Source: an uncultured bacterium
GTDB taxonomy: Bacteria > Bacteroidota > Ignavibacteria > UBA10030 > BY39
DNA length: 64,000 nt
Assembly: GCA_937967455.1 (NCBI GenBank)
Contig: CALCJK010000016.1
Coordinates: 27,485-91,484, forward strand
Reading direction: 5' to 3'
Position 1 is the first letter of the stretch. The number at the start of each line of letters is the position of its first letter. The notes beneath the pieces are model-generated. The model did not search any database and had not been told where the DNA came from. It saw only the letters and a program-made list of their open reading frames with translations. Positions 8,804-18,730 of this stretch are shown one piece after another. A program made the position numbers and the translations under genes.

Positions 8804-10189
8804 ATGAAAACCAGATATTTTATAACTTTTATTTTTATATTTTTATTCTGTTCTTTTCACCTTTTTAGTTATGATGGTGAGACCTACAGATCTTTTTCTC
8901 CTGTGAATCTGGCTACAGCAGAGAAAGCTGTTAAAAAACAAGTAAGCGCAAGTGAATGGAGTTTTACCTTTACAAATAATACAAATTATAGTGTTAATGG
9001 ATTGTATTTCGAATCAGCATCGAGTATTATTAATATTGACGATATTGGATTGTTTAACACTGTATCAAATTTGACAGCTGATCGTAAGAAGTGGCAATTT
9101 AATGGAACAGCTACAATTTCTCCAGGTCAATCTGTGGTAATAAAAGGGACTGGAACAAAGAAAGCATTAAAAATTTCAAAATGGTATTGGACTGTGAACG
9201 GTAATCGTGTTGGTTTTGTAAATAGATCATCACCTCCAGGTGAACAGAAATTTTTCTTGCCGATGCCAAATATCTCAAATTTAGGTGAAGAACTTTTTAA
9301 ACGCACTGACCTTTCAAAAGGGCTTGTTATTGGTATACCTCAAACGGTAAAAAATACAAATTATGCATGGGTTAGAATCAAGAAATGGAAGGATTTGCAG
9401 AAAAACTTAATTGATAATACTGGTATGCACATAGGGAATCCTCAAGGATTCAAAAGCTTTATTGATGGTAAACCAATTAAAGGTGAACAAAAATTATTAT
9501 CACCTAAAAAATTTAATGATAGATTATTTGCAGAACTTTTAACATTAAAATTTAACATTGCGGCAAGTAAATATGGTAGAACACCTGTAGGTTTTGATAA
9601 TTTAATTTACAATGATCCGACAAGTCCACTAAATGGATTGACAATTAATCAGATTGCCCTCAAAGCAGATTCGGCAATGACGTTCTACACAAAATTTTCA
9701 ACTGGTATGTTTATTATTTTGGAACAGACTATTAACAGAATTAACCGTGCCTTTGAAGGAGAAATTGATACTGTGAGTTTTGGTGCTAAAACAGTTTTTA
9801 CCGGAACTAGAGGATTGAGTGAAGTCAACTTTTTAACGGCTGGAAGGACCTCTTCAACAGTAACTTTGATTGAAAGAGAAAGTTTGCTAGATGAGGAATC
9901 TACATTTGAAATACCAGTACAAAATTATCCGAATCCTTTTAACCCAAAAACAATAATTGAATTTAAATTAAATAATGATGCGTTGGTAAGTTTGAAAGTT
10001 TATGATATGTTGGGAAGAGAAATTGCGGTATTGGCAGATGATGAGATGTTTGATGCAGGAGTGAATAGTGTTGAATTTGATGGGCAAAATTTAGCAGCTG
10101 GTATTTACTTTTACCAATTGATTGTTCGAGATGTAGATACGCAAGATTTGCTCTTTAAAACAGCAAAAAAGATGATTTTAAACAAGTAG
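8804..10189 (+). CDS. secreted protein with T9SS C-terminal sorting domain (function unknown)
   Basis: It has a signal peptide and an RBS AAAAGGAG. The C-terminal QNYPNPFNPKT...LKVYDMLGREI...AAGIYFYQL tail is present. It shares a roughly 160-aa pre-tail module with the next gene. Confidence 0.7.
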   Translation: MKTRYFITFIFIFLFCSFHLFSYDGETYRSFSPVNLATAEKAVKKQVSASEWSFTFTNNTNYSVNGLYFESASSIINIDDIGLFNTVSNLTADRKKWQFNGTATISPGQSVVIKGTGTKKALKISKWYWTVNGNRVGFVNRSSPPGEQKFFLPMPNISNLGEELFKRTDLSKGLVIGIPQTVKNTNYAWVRIKKWKDLQKNLIDNTGMHIGNPQGFKSFIDGKPIKGEQKLLSPKKFNDRLFAELLTLKFNIAASKYGRTPVGFDNLIYNDPTSPLNGLTINQIALKADSAMTFYTKFSTGMFIILEQTINRINRAFEGEIDTVSFGAKTVFTGTRGLSEVNFLTAGRTSSTVTLIERESLLDEESTFEIPVQNYPNPFNPKTIIEFKLNNDALVSLKVYDMLGREIAVLADDEMFDAGVNSVEFDGQNLAAGIYFYQLIVRDVDTQDLLFKTAKKMILNK

Positions 10190-10359
10190 GACAAAAAATT
10201 GCCTATTTTTTGTGATTTAGGGCATTTTTTAGAATATTTTTTTAAAAAAAATTAACTAACCACTTGCATCAAATCAAAGAAAATTATATATTATAGCAAA
10301 ACTCATTGCTATTTAATGGGTTAGCAAAATTATTAATATGTAAAGTCGAGTATAAAAAT

Positions 10360-12741
10360 ATGAAGCTACCCAAAAAGTTTTTAATTGCAAATATTATTCT
10401 GTTAATAAAGAGTTTTGTAGCACTTTCGCAATGGCCATGTTCTTCTAACGAGGCTTTACCAGTTGTAACTGAAGCAAATAATCAATGGAATCATAGTGTT
10501 TTACTCGACGGTGATGGAGATATCATATATTTATGGCAAGACAAGCGTTCAGTGACTTATGAAAATGTTTATCTACAGTGTTTCAAAAAGATAGGTGTTT
10601 CAGATTGGCAAGTTGGTGGAATTCCAGTTGCTAATTCAACTGGAAATCAATCAGGTGCACGCGCAATTGCTACAAATACTGGTGTTATAGTTGTATGGCA
10701 TGATAATCGAAAAGGGACAGACTACGATATATATGCTCAAAAGTTTGATAAGTCTGGAACTGCATTATGGGCTGCTAATGGTATAGTAATTTGTAATGCC
10801 TCAGGTAATCAGCAGAATCCAAGAATAGTTCCAGATAATCAAAATGGTGTAATAATTGTTTGGCAAGATAGGAGGAACGGAACAGACAATAATATTTACG
10901 CACAAAGAATTAACTCAAATGGACAAATACAATGGACTTCAAATGGAGTAATAGTCTGTTCTGCACCATATGATCAATTTAATCCTGAAGTAGTTACTGA
11001 CGGAAATGGTGGTGCTATAGTAGCATGGCACGACTATAGATCAGGTAATGGATATATAGATATTTATGCTCAAAGAATTTCATCGACAGGGACAATGATA
11101 TGGCAGGCAAACGGTGTTCCGATTACAACAGCAAGCAATAATCAATACAATTTACAGATAATACAAGATGGATATAAAGGTGCAATTATTGTTTGGCAGG
11201 ATCGGCGAAATTTAACAAACGATGAATTGTATGGTCAAAGAGTTAGCCCTTCGGGTGCTATACTCTGGCAACTCAATGGTAGCCCAATATCTACAGGGAG
11301 TGGTTTCAAATCTTATCCCAAACTTGCATCCAATAGTAATGGCGGTGCTTATGTAGTTTGGCAGGATAATCGGAATGGCATCGATTACAATATCTATATA
11401 CAGAATGTTTCATTATTTGGGGAACTATTGTGGACCGCAAATGGTGTTCCTGTTTGTAGTGCTACGGGACATCAATACTATCCTCAGATTGGATCCGATA
11501 CCAATGGTAATGCTATTGTAGTATGGCAAGATAAGAGAAATGGTAATGACTTTGATATTTATGCTCAGAGGCTTGATGCAAATGCAGTTCCAAAATGGAC
11601 AGTGAATGGAGTTCCGGTTCAAGTAGCACCTTATGATCAAATTGAACCCAAAATTGTAATGGATGAGGATGGTGGAGCTATCATATCATGGACTGATTAC
11701 AGGGTAGGTAATAGTTATTCAGATATTTATGCTCAGAGAATAGGTGTTAATGGTAAAATTGCGGGTGGTTGTTTTAGAACCTTTACTCAAGGTGATTTTA
11801 TAATGAAGGGAAATCGACTTAAAGTTTCTTCTAGTGTACCGCGCCCAATGCCGAATGGTGGAAATGTTAGAGATACACTATTTAAGCGTGGTTTATTCCC
11901 ACAGGGAATTGTCATAGGTATCGCTAAACCGGAAAGTTCCTCTGTTTATGGTTGGATTAGATTACAAAGAAGTTCAAATGTTCGCCGTTTTCTCCCACAA
12001 TCTGGTTATCCCAGACCTTTTGATATGAGAGGAACAAAATATTTTATCAAAGAATTAAAGAATCCAACCCAAAGAATATATGACAACCATCTTGTAGGTG
12101 AATTGTTAACACTTAAATTAAATTTAGCAGCAAGCGATAATGGCATAATTCAAAGTGGACTTGGAGAAATTATATATTATGATACCACTAAAGGTAATGG
12201 TTTTAACGGGAAATCTATTCGAAGAATAGTTGCAATCGCTGACAGTGCTTTAACTAAGTGGAGAAGCTATCCTGGCTTTAACTACTTGTTACTTGACTCT
12301 GTGCTAACAAGGATCAATAATGCTTTTTATGGACCAATCGATACTATTTCTGTCACACCACTTAAATTAAAGAATGTTAGAAGTGTATATAGTATCCCAT
12401 ATTTGCGCCTCGATAATACAAATCCTAAATCTCCTGTTTTACTATCACATTATGAACCTGATGATCAACCACAATCACTTAAGTTATTCCAAAATTATCC
12501 TAATCCTTTTAATCCTTACACAACAATCGAATTTGAACTTACAGAGCCAGCAATTGTAACTTTGATTATTTATAATACATTGGGTCAGGAAATTACCAGA
12601 TTGCTAGATAACGAAGAGATTGAATCTGGTAGAAATTCAGTTACTTTCGACGCTTCAGGCTTGGCAAGTGGAATTTATTTTTACAATCTCATTGTTAACC
12701 ATTCAATACAACATACCAGAAGAATGTTACTGTTAAAGTGA
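10360..12741 (+). CDS. secreted repeat protein (eight tandem ~58-aa WQDxRNG...DIYAQR repeats, probable beta-propeller) with T9SS C-terminal sorting domain
   Basis: The track ORF starts at 10306. The signal-peptide-like MKLPKKFLIANIILLIKSFVALSQ begins at the in-frame ATG at 10360. Eight repeats follow and the C-terminal tail reads QNYPNPFNPYT...LIIYNTLGQEI...ASGIYFYNL. Confidence 0.7.
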   Translation: MKLPKKFLIANIILLIKSFVALSQWPCSSNEALPVVTEANNQWNHSVLLDGDGDIIYLWQDKRSVTYENVYLQCFKKIGVSDWQVGGIPVANSTGNQSGARAIATNTGVIVVWHDNRKGTDYDIYAQKFDKSGTALWAANGIVICNASGNQQNPRIVPDNQNGVIIVWQDRRNGTDNNIYAQRINSNGQIQWTSNGVIVCSAPYDQFNPEVVTDGNGGAIVAWHDYRSGNGYIDIYAQRISSTGTMIWQANGVPITTASNNQYNLQIIQDGYKGAIIVWQDRRNLTNDELYGQRVSPSGAILWQLNGSPISTGSGFKSYPKLASNSNGGAYVVWQDNRNGIDYNIYIQNVSLFGELLWTANGVPVCSATGHQYYPQIGSDTNGNAIVVWQDKRNGNDFDIYAQRLDANAVPKWTVNGVPVQVAPYDQIEPKIVMDEDGGAIISWTDYRVGNSYSDIYAQRIGVNGKIAGGCFRTFTQGDFIMKGNRLKVSSSVPRPMPNGGNVRDTLFKRGLFPQGIVIGIAKPESSSVYGWIRLQRSSNVRRFLPQSGYPRPFDMRGTKYFIKELKNPTQRIYDNHLVGELLTLKLNLAASDNGIIQSGLGEIIYYDTTKGNGFNGKSIRRIVAIADSALTKWRSYPGFNYLLLDSVLTRINNAFYGPIDTISVTPLKLKNVRSVYSIPYLRLDNTNPKSPVLLSHYEPDDQPQSLKLFQNYPNPFNPYTTIEFELTEPAIVTLIIYNTLGQEITRLLDNEEIESGRNSVTFDASGLASGIYFYNLIVNHSIQHTRRMLLLK

Positions 12742-12786
12742 TGTTTTAAGTCGAAAATTTATTATTAAATAAAAAAGTGTTTTATT

Positions 12787-15700
12787 ATGAATAGAATTTT
12801 AATTGTTTTGTTCTTTTCTTTTTATTTTTTTAATTCAGGTGGTTCATCAGAATTATATAAACAAGTAAAAATATTTATTCCCGATCAAACTTCTTTTCAA
12901 AGACTTTTAGAAACTGGAATTGATCTCGAGGGAGCTGAAGGTAAGATAGGTGATTGGTTTCAGGTAGTAGTTAATGAAGAAGATTTAAAATTATTAAATC
13001 AAACTGGATTAACTTATTATATTATCATTGATGATTATTCAAAATTTTTAGAAAATCGCCTTTATAAAGGTCCATATAACGCTTTAGGTTTTGGTTACGG
13101 AAGTATGGGGGGATATTATACATATAGTGAAATCATTCAACAGCTTGATTCTATGAAGCTACTCTACCCCGATCTAATAACTGCTAAACAAATTATCGGT
13201 ATATCCATTCAGGGAAGGAATATTTATGCAGTGAAAATTTCAGATAATCCAGATATTAATGAAACTGAGGAGCCATCTGTACTATATACCGCTCTCACAC
13301 ATGCGCGTGAACCGCAAGGTATGATGACTATAATTTACTACATGTGGTGGCTTCTGGAAAATTATTCTTCTAATTCTGAAGCAAATTATTTGGTAAATAA
13401 TCGTCAGATATGGTTTATTCCAGTCATCAATCCCGATGGTTATTATTATAATCAGACCACTAATCCAAATGGTGGTGGACTGTGGCGTAAAAATCGAAGG
13501 AATAATGGAGATGGTTCATATGGAGTGGATTTAAATAGAAATTTTGGACCTTATGCATACTGGAATGCTCCTAACGGTGGATCAAGTACGACACCTTCGT
13601 CTGATACATATCGTGGTGTAGCTCCATTTTCTGAGCCAGAAACAAATACAATCCAAAACTTTTTAGCCGGCAAAAATATTCGTGCCTGTTTAAACTATCA
13701 TACATATAGTAATTTGCTGATTTATCCATATGGTGCTTTAGTTAGAGAAACTCCTGATTCCTTGATTTATAGGGAATATGCAAAAGATATGACTAAATAT
13801 AATCGTTATGTGTATGGTACAGATCAACAGACAGTTGGATATGCTACCAGAGGTAATAGTGATGATTATATGTACGATGGGGACATACCAAACAATGGGA
13901 AAATTTTTGCTATGACGCCTGAAGTTGGTTCGAGTAGTGATGGTTTTTGGCCACCAACTCCTAGGATTCTACCGCTCGCTCTCGAGAATCTTTATCCGAA
14001 TAAATATTTATCCAAAGCAGTAGGTGCATTTCCTCAAATGTTAACTCATAATGTCAATGATAGTTCAGGAGATAATTTTATAGACCGTGATGAAAAATTT
14101 ATATTAAATATAGTATACCGAAACAAGGGTTTGGACTCAGCAAAAAATTTATCATTACAATTGTCTACTTTAAGTGAGGATTTGATAATTCCAGCTGAAC
14201 CAATTTACATCGATAATATTCCTCCTCTCTCAAATCAAATTGTAAATTTTGATTGTAGAGTTAAGAAACGAGCTACTACCGGTGTAAGTACAAAAATATT
14301 TCTAACAACTATTGATAATTCAGGATATATATCGTATGATACATTAAATATTTTGATCGGAAAGTTAAATTTGGCTTTTTCTGATAGCGCCAATGATGGT
14401 ACAATTAACTGGGATACTGGAATAAGCTGGGGGCTATCAAATGATGCGCAATCTCCACCGTTCAGTTTTACAGATAGCCCGAGTGGGAACTATGCTAATA
14501 ACACTGATAACAGCCTGACACTTCTAAATAATAGAAAATTGGCTTCAAGTTCTATGATTAAACTGCTCTTTTCTGCTAAATGGAACATTGAAGCTAAATA
14601 TGATTTCGCTATGGTTGAAGTATCCAGTAACGGAGGTACATCTTGGACGTCAGTAAATGGAAAATATACAAAACCTGGTAGCGGTGTGGGAGTACAAACA
14701 ATTGGTACATATGGTTACGACGGTATACAATCAAGCTGGATAGAGGAGGAAATGGATCTATCCCCATTTGCATCATCGCAATTCAAAATACGTTTTCGGC
14801 TACGCAGTGATGGTAGTGTAAATGCAGATGGTTTTTATGTAGATAATATTAGATTATTATATTGTAAAGTGGACAGTGCAAAATTTGCTGAAATGGCTTA
14901 CACTCCACCCTTAATTGATTTTGGAAATGTTCATGTGTATAATACAAAAGATTCAAGCATCCTGATTCAAAATCTCTTAACTTCTAACGACTCACTTCGA
15001 TGCAATATACAATTAAAGTATGGTATTGATTTTATTTTGGGTTCTCAATCAAATTTTTCAATACCAGTCGGCTCTGAAGAAAATCTACAAGTAACATTTT
15101 ATCCCCAGTCGGTAGGATTGATTACTGATACTTTAATTATTAATCATTCAAGTGATGTGTATGATAATCCAGTTTTGGTTCCTTTACTTGGTAATTCGAT
15201 AATATCAAATAGTTTTTTTGCTGATTTGATTATTAAATATAATTTGAATTTAGATACACTATATTTTGGGGCAGAGGATGGTGCAAGCGATACCCTGGAT
15301 CCAGATTTTGGAGAAATTGAACTCGATGAATTACCACCACAAGGAGTATATGATGCAAGATGGTCTATCAATGGAACAAATGGTTCCAAAATAGACATTA
15401 GGGATACAATTTCTGAAACCAAAATTAAAAATATTTATAGATTAAGATATCAGCTCTCGCAGCAAAATGACACAATCATAATTAAATGGAATAAAAACAA
15501 GTTTGGATCTGGTTCATTTATACTTAAGGACTCTATTACGAATGGTGATTTAGTTTTAATGGATATGAAAAAGAATGATTCATTAATAATAGTTGGTGAA
15601 GATGCTTCTCCCTTGTTGATATTCCATGAAATAAATCCTTTACTTGTAGTTAAGGTTAATAAGGGGTGGAATATTATTTCAGTACCAACTGAATTGGATT

Positions 15701-16779
15701 TTTATCATAAAAATTTTGTTTTTCCTGGTTCTGTTTCTTTAGCTTTTGGTTATAATAATTCTGAAGGTTACTATTCTGTTGATACTTTATCCATTGGAAA
15801 AGGTTATTGGCTAAAATTTAAGTCCGATAGGGAATGTTTGTTTACAACTTCACAAATATTAATAGATACAATTTCACTGACGCAGGGGTGGAATTTGATT
15901 GGAGCAATTGGTAAAAACATTAAAGTTGAGAACATCGAAACAGTACCAGAAAATATTATTTCTTCTCCTATTTATGGTTACTTTGATGGTTATAAGATGG
16001 CCGATACCTTAAAACCAGGTTATGGATTCTGGCTGAAATCCGATCAAAATGGTAAATTAATACTTAATGCACTTAATTCTAACAATAATCTTTCTAAAAT
16101 TAGAATCAACAATGAGTTCATTAATTCTTTACTAATCACTGATAATTTAGGTAATCAGGGTCAATTGTATTTTACACTAAATAATTTAGAAAACATTGCT
16201 TATTATACACTACCACCTTTACCTCCAATTGAAATTTTTGATGTTAGATTTAAATCTCAAAGATTTATTGAATTAATTGATGGTATCAATAATATCTCTA
16301 GTGAAATTCATGTTCAAACCAATAACTATCCTATTAAAATTTCTATTGAGAATGAACTCAGGAAAGATGTTAATTTAATTTTAAGGATAAAAGCTTCAGA
16401 TGGCAAAACAAAAGATTATCCTTTAATTTGTTTTTCCTCCATAACAATCTCTAATCCAGATGATAGAATATTCTTAATAAACTCCAAAATTGAAGACAAT
16501 AAAGATAATCTTCCGGGCGAATATTATCTTGCTCAGAATTATCCAAACCCATTTAATTCAAAGACGCTTATTCAATATTCAATTCCAGAAAATACATACG
16601 TATCATTGAAGCTTTATGATATACTTGGGCAAGAAATGAAGAGTTTGATAGGTCAATATCAAACAAAAGGATATTACACATACGAGTTCAATGCCGAAGG
16701 TTTACCCACAGGAGTATATTTTTATAAACTTCAAGCCGGGAGGTTTGTAAGTATAAAAAAATTGGTTTTAATAAGGTAA
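12787..16779 (+). CDS. M14-family zinc carboxypeptidase domain protein with long C-terminal extension and T9SS sorting domain
   Basis: After the signal peptide come the M14 hallmarks: THAREPQG (the HxxE zinc ligands), IPVINPDGYYY, and NYHTYSNLLIYPYG (the third zinc ligand). The tail is AQNYPNPFNSKT...LKLYDILGQEM...PTGVYFYKL. Confidence 0.75.
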   Translation: MNRILIVLFFSFYFFNSGGSSELYKQVKIFIPDQTSFQRLLETGIDLEGAEGKIGDWFQVVVNEEDLKLLNQTGLTYYIIIDDYSKFLENRLYKGPYNALGFGYGSMGGYYTYSEIIQQLDSMKLLYPDLITAKQIIGISIQGRNIYAVKISDNPDINETEEPSVLYTALTHAREPQGMMTIIYYMWWLLENYSSNSEANYLVNNRQIWFIPVINPDGYYYNQTTNPNGGGLWRKNRRNNGDGSYGVDLNRNFGPYAYWNAPNGGSSTTPSSDTYRGVAPFSEPETNTIQNFLAGKNIRACLNYHTYSNLLIYPYGALVRETPDSLIYREYAKDMTKYNRYVYGTDQQTVGYATRGNSDDYMYDGDIPNNGKIFAMTPEVGSSSDGFWPPTPRILPLALENLYPNKYLSKAVGAFPQMLTHNVNDSSGDNFIDRDEKFILNIVYRNKGLDSAKNLSLQLSTLSEDLIIPAEPIYIDNIPPLSNQIVNFDCRVKKRATTGVSTKIFLTTIDNSGYISYDTLNILIGKLNLAFSDSANDGTINWDTGISWGLSNDAQSPPFSFTDSPSGNYANNTDNSLTLLNNRKLASSSMIKLLFSAKWNIEAKYDFAMVEVSSNGGTSWTSVNGKYTKPGSGVGVQTIGTYGYDGIQSSWIEEEMDLSPFASSQFKIRFRLRSDGSVNADGFYVDNIRLLYCKVDSAKFAEMAYTPPLIDFGNVHVYNTKDSSILIQNLLTSNDSLRCNIQLKYGIDFILGSQSNFSIPVGSEENLQVTFYPQSVGLITDTLIINHSSDVYDNPVLVPLLGNSIISNSFFADLIIKYNLNLDTLYFGAEDGASDTLDPDFGEIELDELPPQGVYDARWSINGTNGSKIDIRDTISETKIKNIYRLRYQLSQQNDTIIIKWNKNKFGSGSFILKDSITNGDLVLMDMKKNDSLIIVGEDASPLLIFHEINPLLVVKVNKGWNIISVPTELDFYHKNFVFPGSVSLAFGYNNSEGYYSVDTLSIGKGYWLKFKSDRECLFTTSQILIDTISLTQGWNLIGAIGKNIKVENIETVPENIISSPIYGYFDGYKMADTLKPGYGFWLKSDQNGKLILNALNSNNNLSKIRINNEFINSLLITDNLGNQGQLYFTLNNLENIAYYTLPPLPPIEIFDVRFKSQRFIELIDGINNISSEIHVQTNNYPIKISIENELRKDVNLILRIKASDGKTKDYPLICFSSITISNPDDRIFLINSKIEDNKDNLPGEYYLAQNYPNPFNSKTLIQYSIPENTYVSLKLYDILGQEMKSLIGQYQTKGYYTYEFNAEGLPTGVYFYKLQAGRFVSIKKLVLIR

Positions 16780-16921
16780 ATCTGTCCAATCAAATCGATC
16801 CCTCAAATCAATAAAATATTTCGAGAAGTAAAGTTTTATTCTGGAATAATAAATCCAGTTCATTAATTTTTAAATTATTTGAGAGTGATATGAAAAATTC
16901 TTATATTGTTCTAAATTGTAT

Positions 16922-16995
16922 GCCCCCGTAGCTCAGTAGGATAGAGCAGCGGTTTCCTAAACCGCGTGTCGGAGGTTCGAATCCTCTCGGGGGTA
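16922..16995 (+). tRNA. tRNA-Arg (anticodon CCT)
   Basis: The acceptor stem pairs GCCCCCG with CGGGGGT, using a G1-U72 wobble. The D arm is GCTC...GAGC and the anticodon stem GCGGT/ACCGC with loop TTCCTAA (CCT). The T arm contains GGTTCGAATCC. No CCA is encoded. Confidence 0.8.
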
Positions 16996-17026
16996 CATCT
17001 AATAATTAATAAAACACTTTTCTAAA

Positions 17027-18730
17027 ATGAGAATATCTAAAAGTTTCATACCAACATTAAAAGAAGTGCCATCGGATGCAATAATTCCAAGCCATCAGTT
17101 AATGCTGAGAGCTGGCATGATGCGACAATTGGCTGCAGGAATTTTTTCTTTTTTACCCCTTGGTTACAGAGTAATGAAAAAAGTAATGGATTTAATTCGT
17201 GAAGAGATGGATGCAATTGGTGGACAGGAATTTCATCTTCCAGCACTTAATCCTATAGAAATATGGGAAAAAACTGGTAGAGTTGAAGCCTTCGGGGATA
17301 CACTTTTTCAACTAAAAAATCGACCCCTTGTGCTTGCTCCAACGCATGAAGAAATAATTGGCTGGATTGCTGCTAATCATATTGAATCTTACAAAGATTT
17401 ACCACAAATATGGTATCAGATACAGACCAAGTTTCGTAACGAACCACGTCCCAGATCGGGTGTACTTCGAGGAAGGCAGTTTGTAATGAAAGACTCTTAT
17501 AGTTTAGATGCTAACTGGGAAGGTTTAGATAAAAGTTATGATCTCCATGCCGAAGCTTATAAAAAAATATTTAGCAGAGCAGGTTTGAAGTTCTTTATTG
17601 TTGGAGCTTCCAGTGGAGCTATGGGAGGAACAGGATCACAGGAATTTATGGTTGAATCAGAATCTGGCGAAGATACATGTGCAATTTGTGATGTATGTGG
17701 TTATGCTGCAAATCTGGAAGTTGCAACTTCAAATGTTGAAAAAGCTTCAAGAGTTCCAGCAGATTTGAAGTTAAAAGAAATTCATACACCAAATGTAAAG
17801 ACAATTGATGAATTGAAAAATTTCTTAAAAGTTGATGAAAGTATATTGGCAAAATCCCTTGTCTACATTCAAGATAGAACTCCATATTTAATTCTTCTGA
17901 TGGGGAATGATCAGCTCAATGAAACTAAGCTCCAATCAATATTGGGTACAAATGCACGTCCTGCACATCCAGATGAATTACTTGAATTAACTGGAGCAGA
18001 TGCAGGTTCTATTGGTCCAATTGGATTAAAAGGCTTTAAAATCATAGTCGATAAACGCCTTGAGAATGCCAATGGACTTGTTTCTGGATTAAATAAAAAC
18101 GATTACCATGTAGCTAATATAGATTTGATGCGTGATGTAAAAGTAGATGGTTACTATGATCTTAGAACAGTCGAAGCTGGAGAACCTTGTTCACAGTGCA
18201 ATTCTCCACTTAGAATTGTAAATGCAATTGAACTTGGGCACATATTTAAATTGGGTACGAAGTATGCGGATTCTTTGAACGCTAAATTTTTAGACGTTAA
18301 TGGTGAAATGAAACCTATAATTATGGGTAGCTATGGTATTGGTGTTGAAAGAATCATTGCCTGTAGCATTGAACAAAGCCATGATGAAAATGGTATAATA
18401 TGGCATAAATCAATCGCTCCATTTATTGTACATTTAATTTTAGTGAATTCTAACATTGAAAAAGTAGTAGAGATTGCTGAGGAAATTTATAATAAGTTGA
18501 ATGAAAATCATATAGATGTAATATATGATGATCGAATAAATGTTAGTCCTGGATATAAATTTAAAGATGCTGATTTGCTTGGTATGCCACTTCAAATTAT
18601 TGTTGGCGAAAAAAACATTGTGAATCATAAAATTGAAGTAAAAGAAAGAAAAACTAATAATAGACAGATCATTGATATTGATGATGTTGTACCTTTTGTG
18701 AAAAAATTTTTAATTGAAAATGATAAATGA
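17027..18730 (+). CDS. proS: prolyl-tRNA synthetase
   Basis: The N-terminus is typical of bacterial ProRS (MRISKSFIPTLKEVPSDA...SHQLMLRAGMMRQ). Class II motifs are present, and the anticodon-binding C-terminus includes an editing-like insertion. Confidence 0.9.
   Translation: MRISKSFIPTLKEVPSDAIIPSHQLMLRAGMMRQLAAGIFSFLPLGYRVMKKVMDLIREEMDAIGGQEFHLPALNPIEIWEKTGRVEAFGDTLFQLKNRPLVLAPTHEEIIGWIAANHIESYKDLPQIWYQIQTKFRNEPRPRSGVLRGRQFVMKDSYSLDANWEGLDKSYDLHAEAYKKIFSRAGLKFFIVGASSGAMGGTGSQEFMVESESGEDTCAICDVCGYAANLEVATSNVEKASRVPADLKLKEIHTPNVKTIDELKNFLKVDESILAKSLVYIQDRTPYLILLMGNDQLNETKLQSILGTNARPAHPDELLELTGADAGSIGPIGLKGFKIIVDKRLENANGLVSGLNKNDYHVANIDLMRDVKVDGYYDLRTVEAGEPCSQCNSPLRIVNAIELGHIFKLGTKYADSLNAKFLDVNGEMKPIIMGSYGIGVERIIACSIEQSHDENGIIWHKSIAPFIVHLILVNSNIEKVVEIAEEIYNKLNENHIDVIYDDRINVSPGYKFKDADLLGMPLQIIVGEKNIVNHKIEVKERKTNNRQIIDIDDVVPFVKKFLIENDK

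Noticed and set aside
10190-10225. AT-only inverted repeat ACAAAAAAT-TGCCT-ATTTTTTGT after the 8804-10189 gene
   Set aside because: The stem consists entirely of A/T pairs with very low stability. It is plausible as a weak terminator but not supportable as a feature.
10306-10359. Upstream extension of the repeat-protein ORF (MLFNGLAKLLICKVEYKN...)
   Set aside because: The extension precedes a classical signal peptide that starts at the in-frame ATG at 10360. The extra 18 residues would bury the signal peptide.
8360-16570. Four dispersed ~26-nt near-identical DNA segments (CAGAATTATCCAAATCCGTTTAATCC and variants at ~8365, ~9925, ~12490, ~16536)
   Set aside because: These are not mobile or regulatory repeats. 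They are the nucleotide image of the conserved QNYPNPFNP motif of the T9SS C-terminal domain in four paralogous genes.
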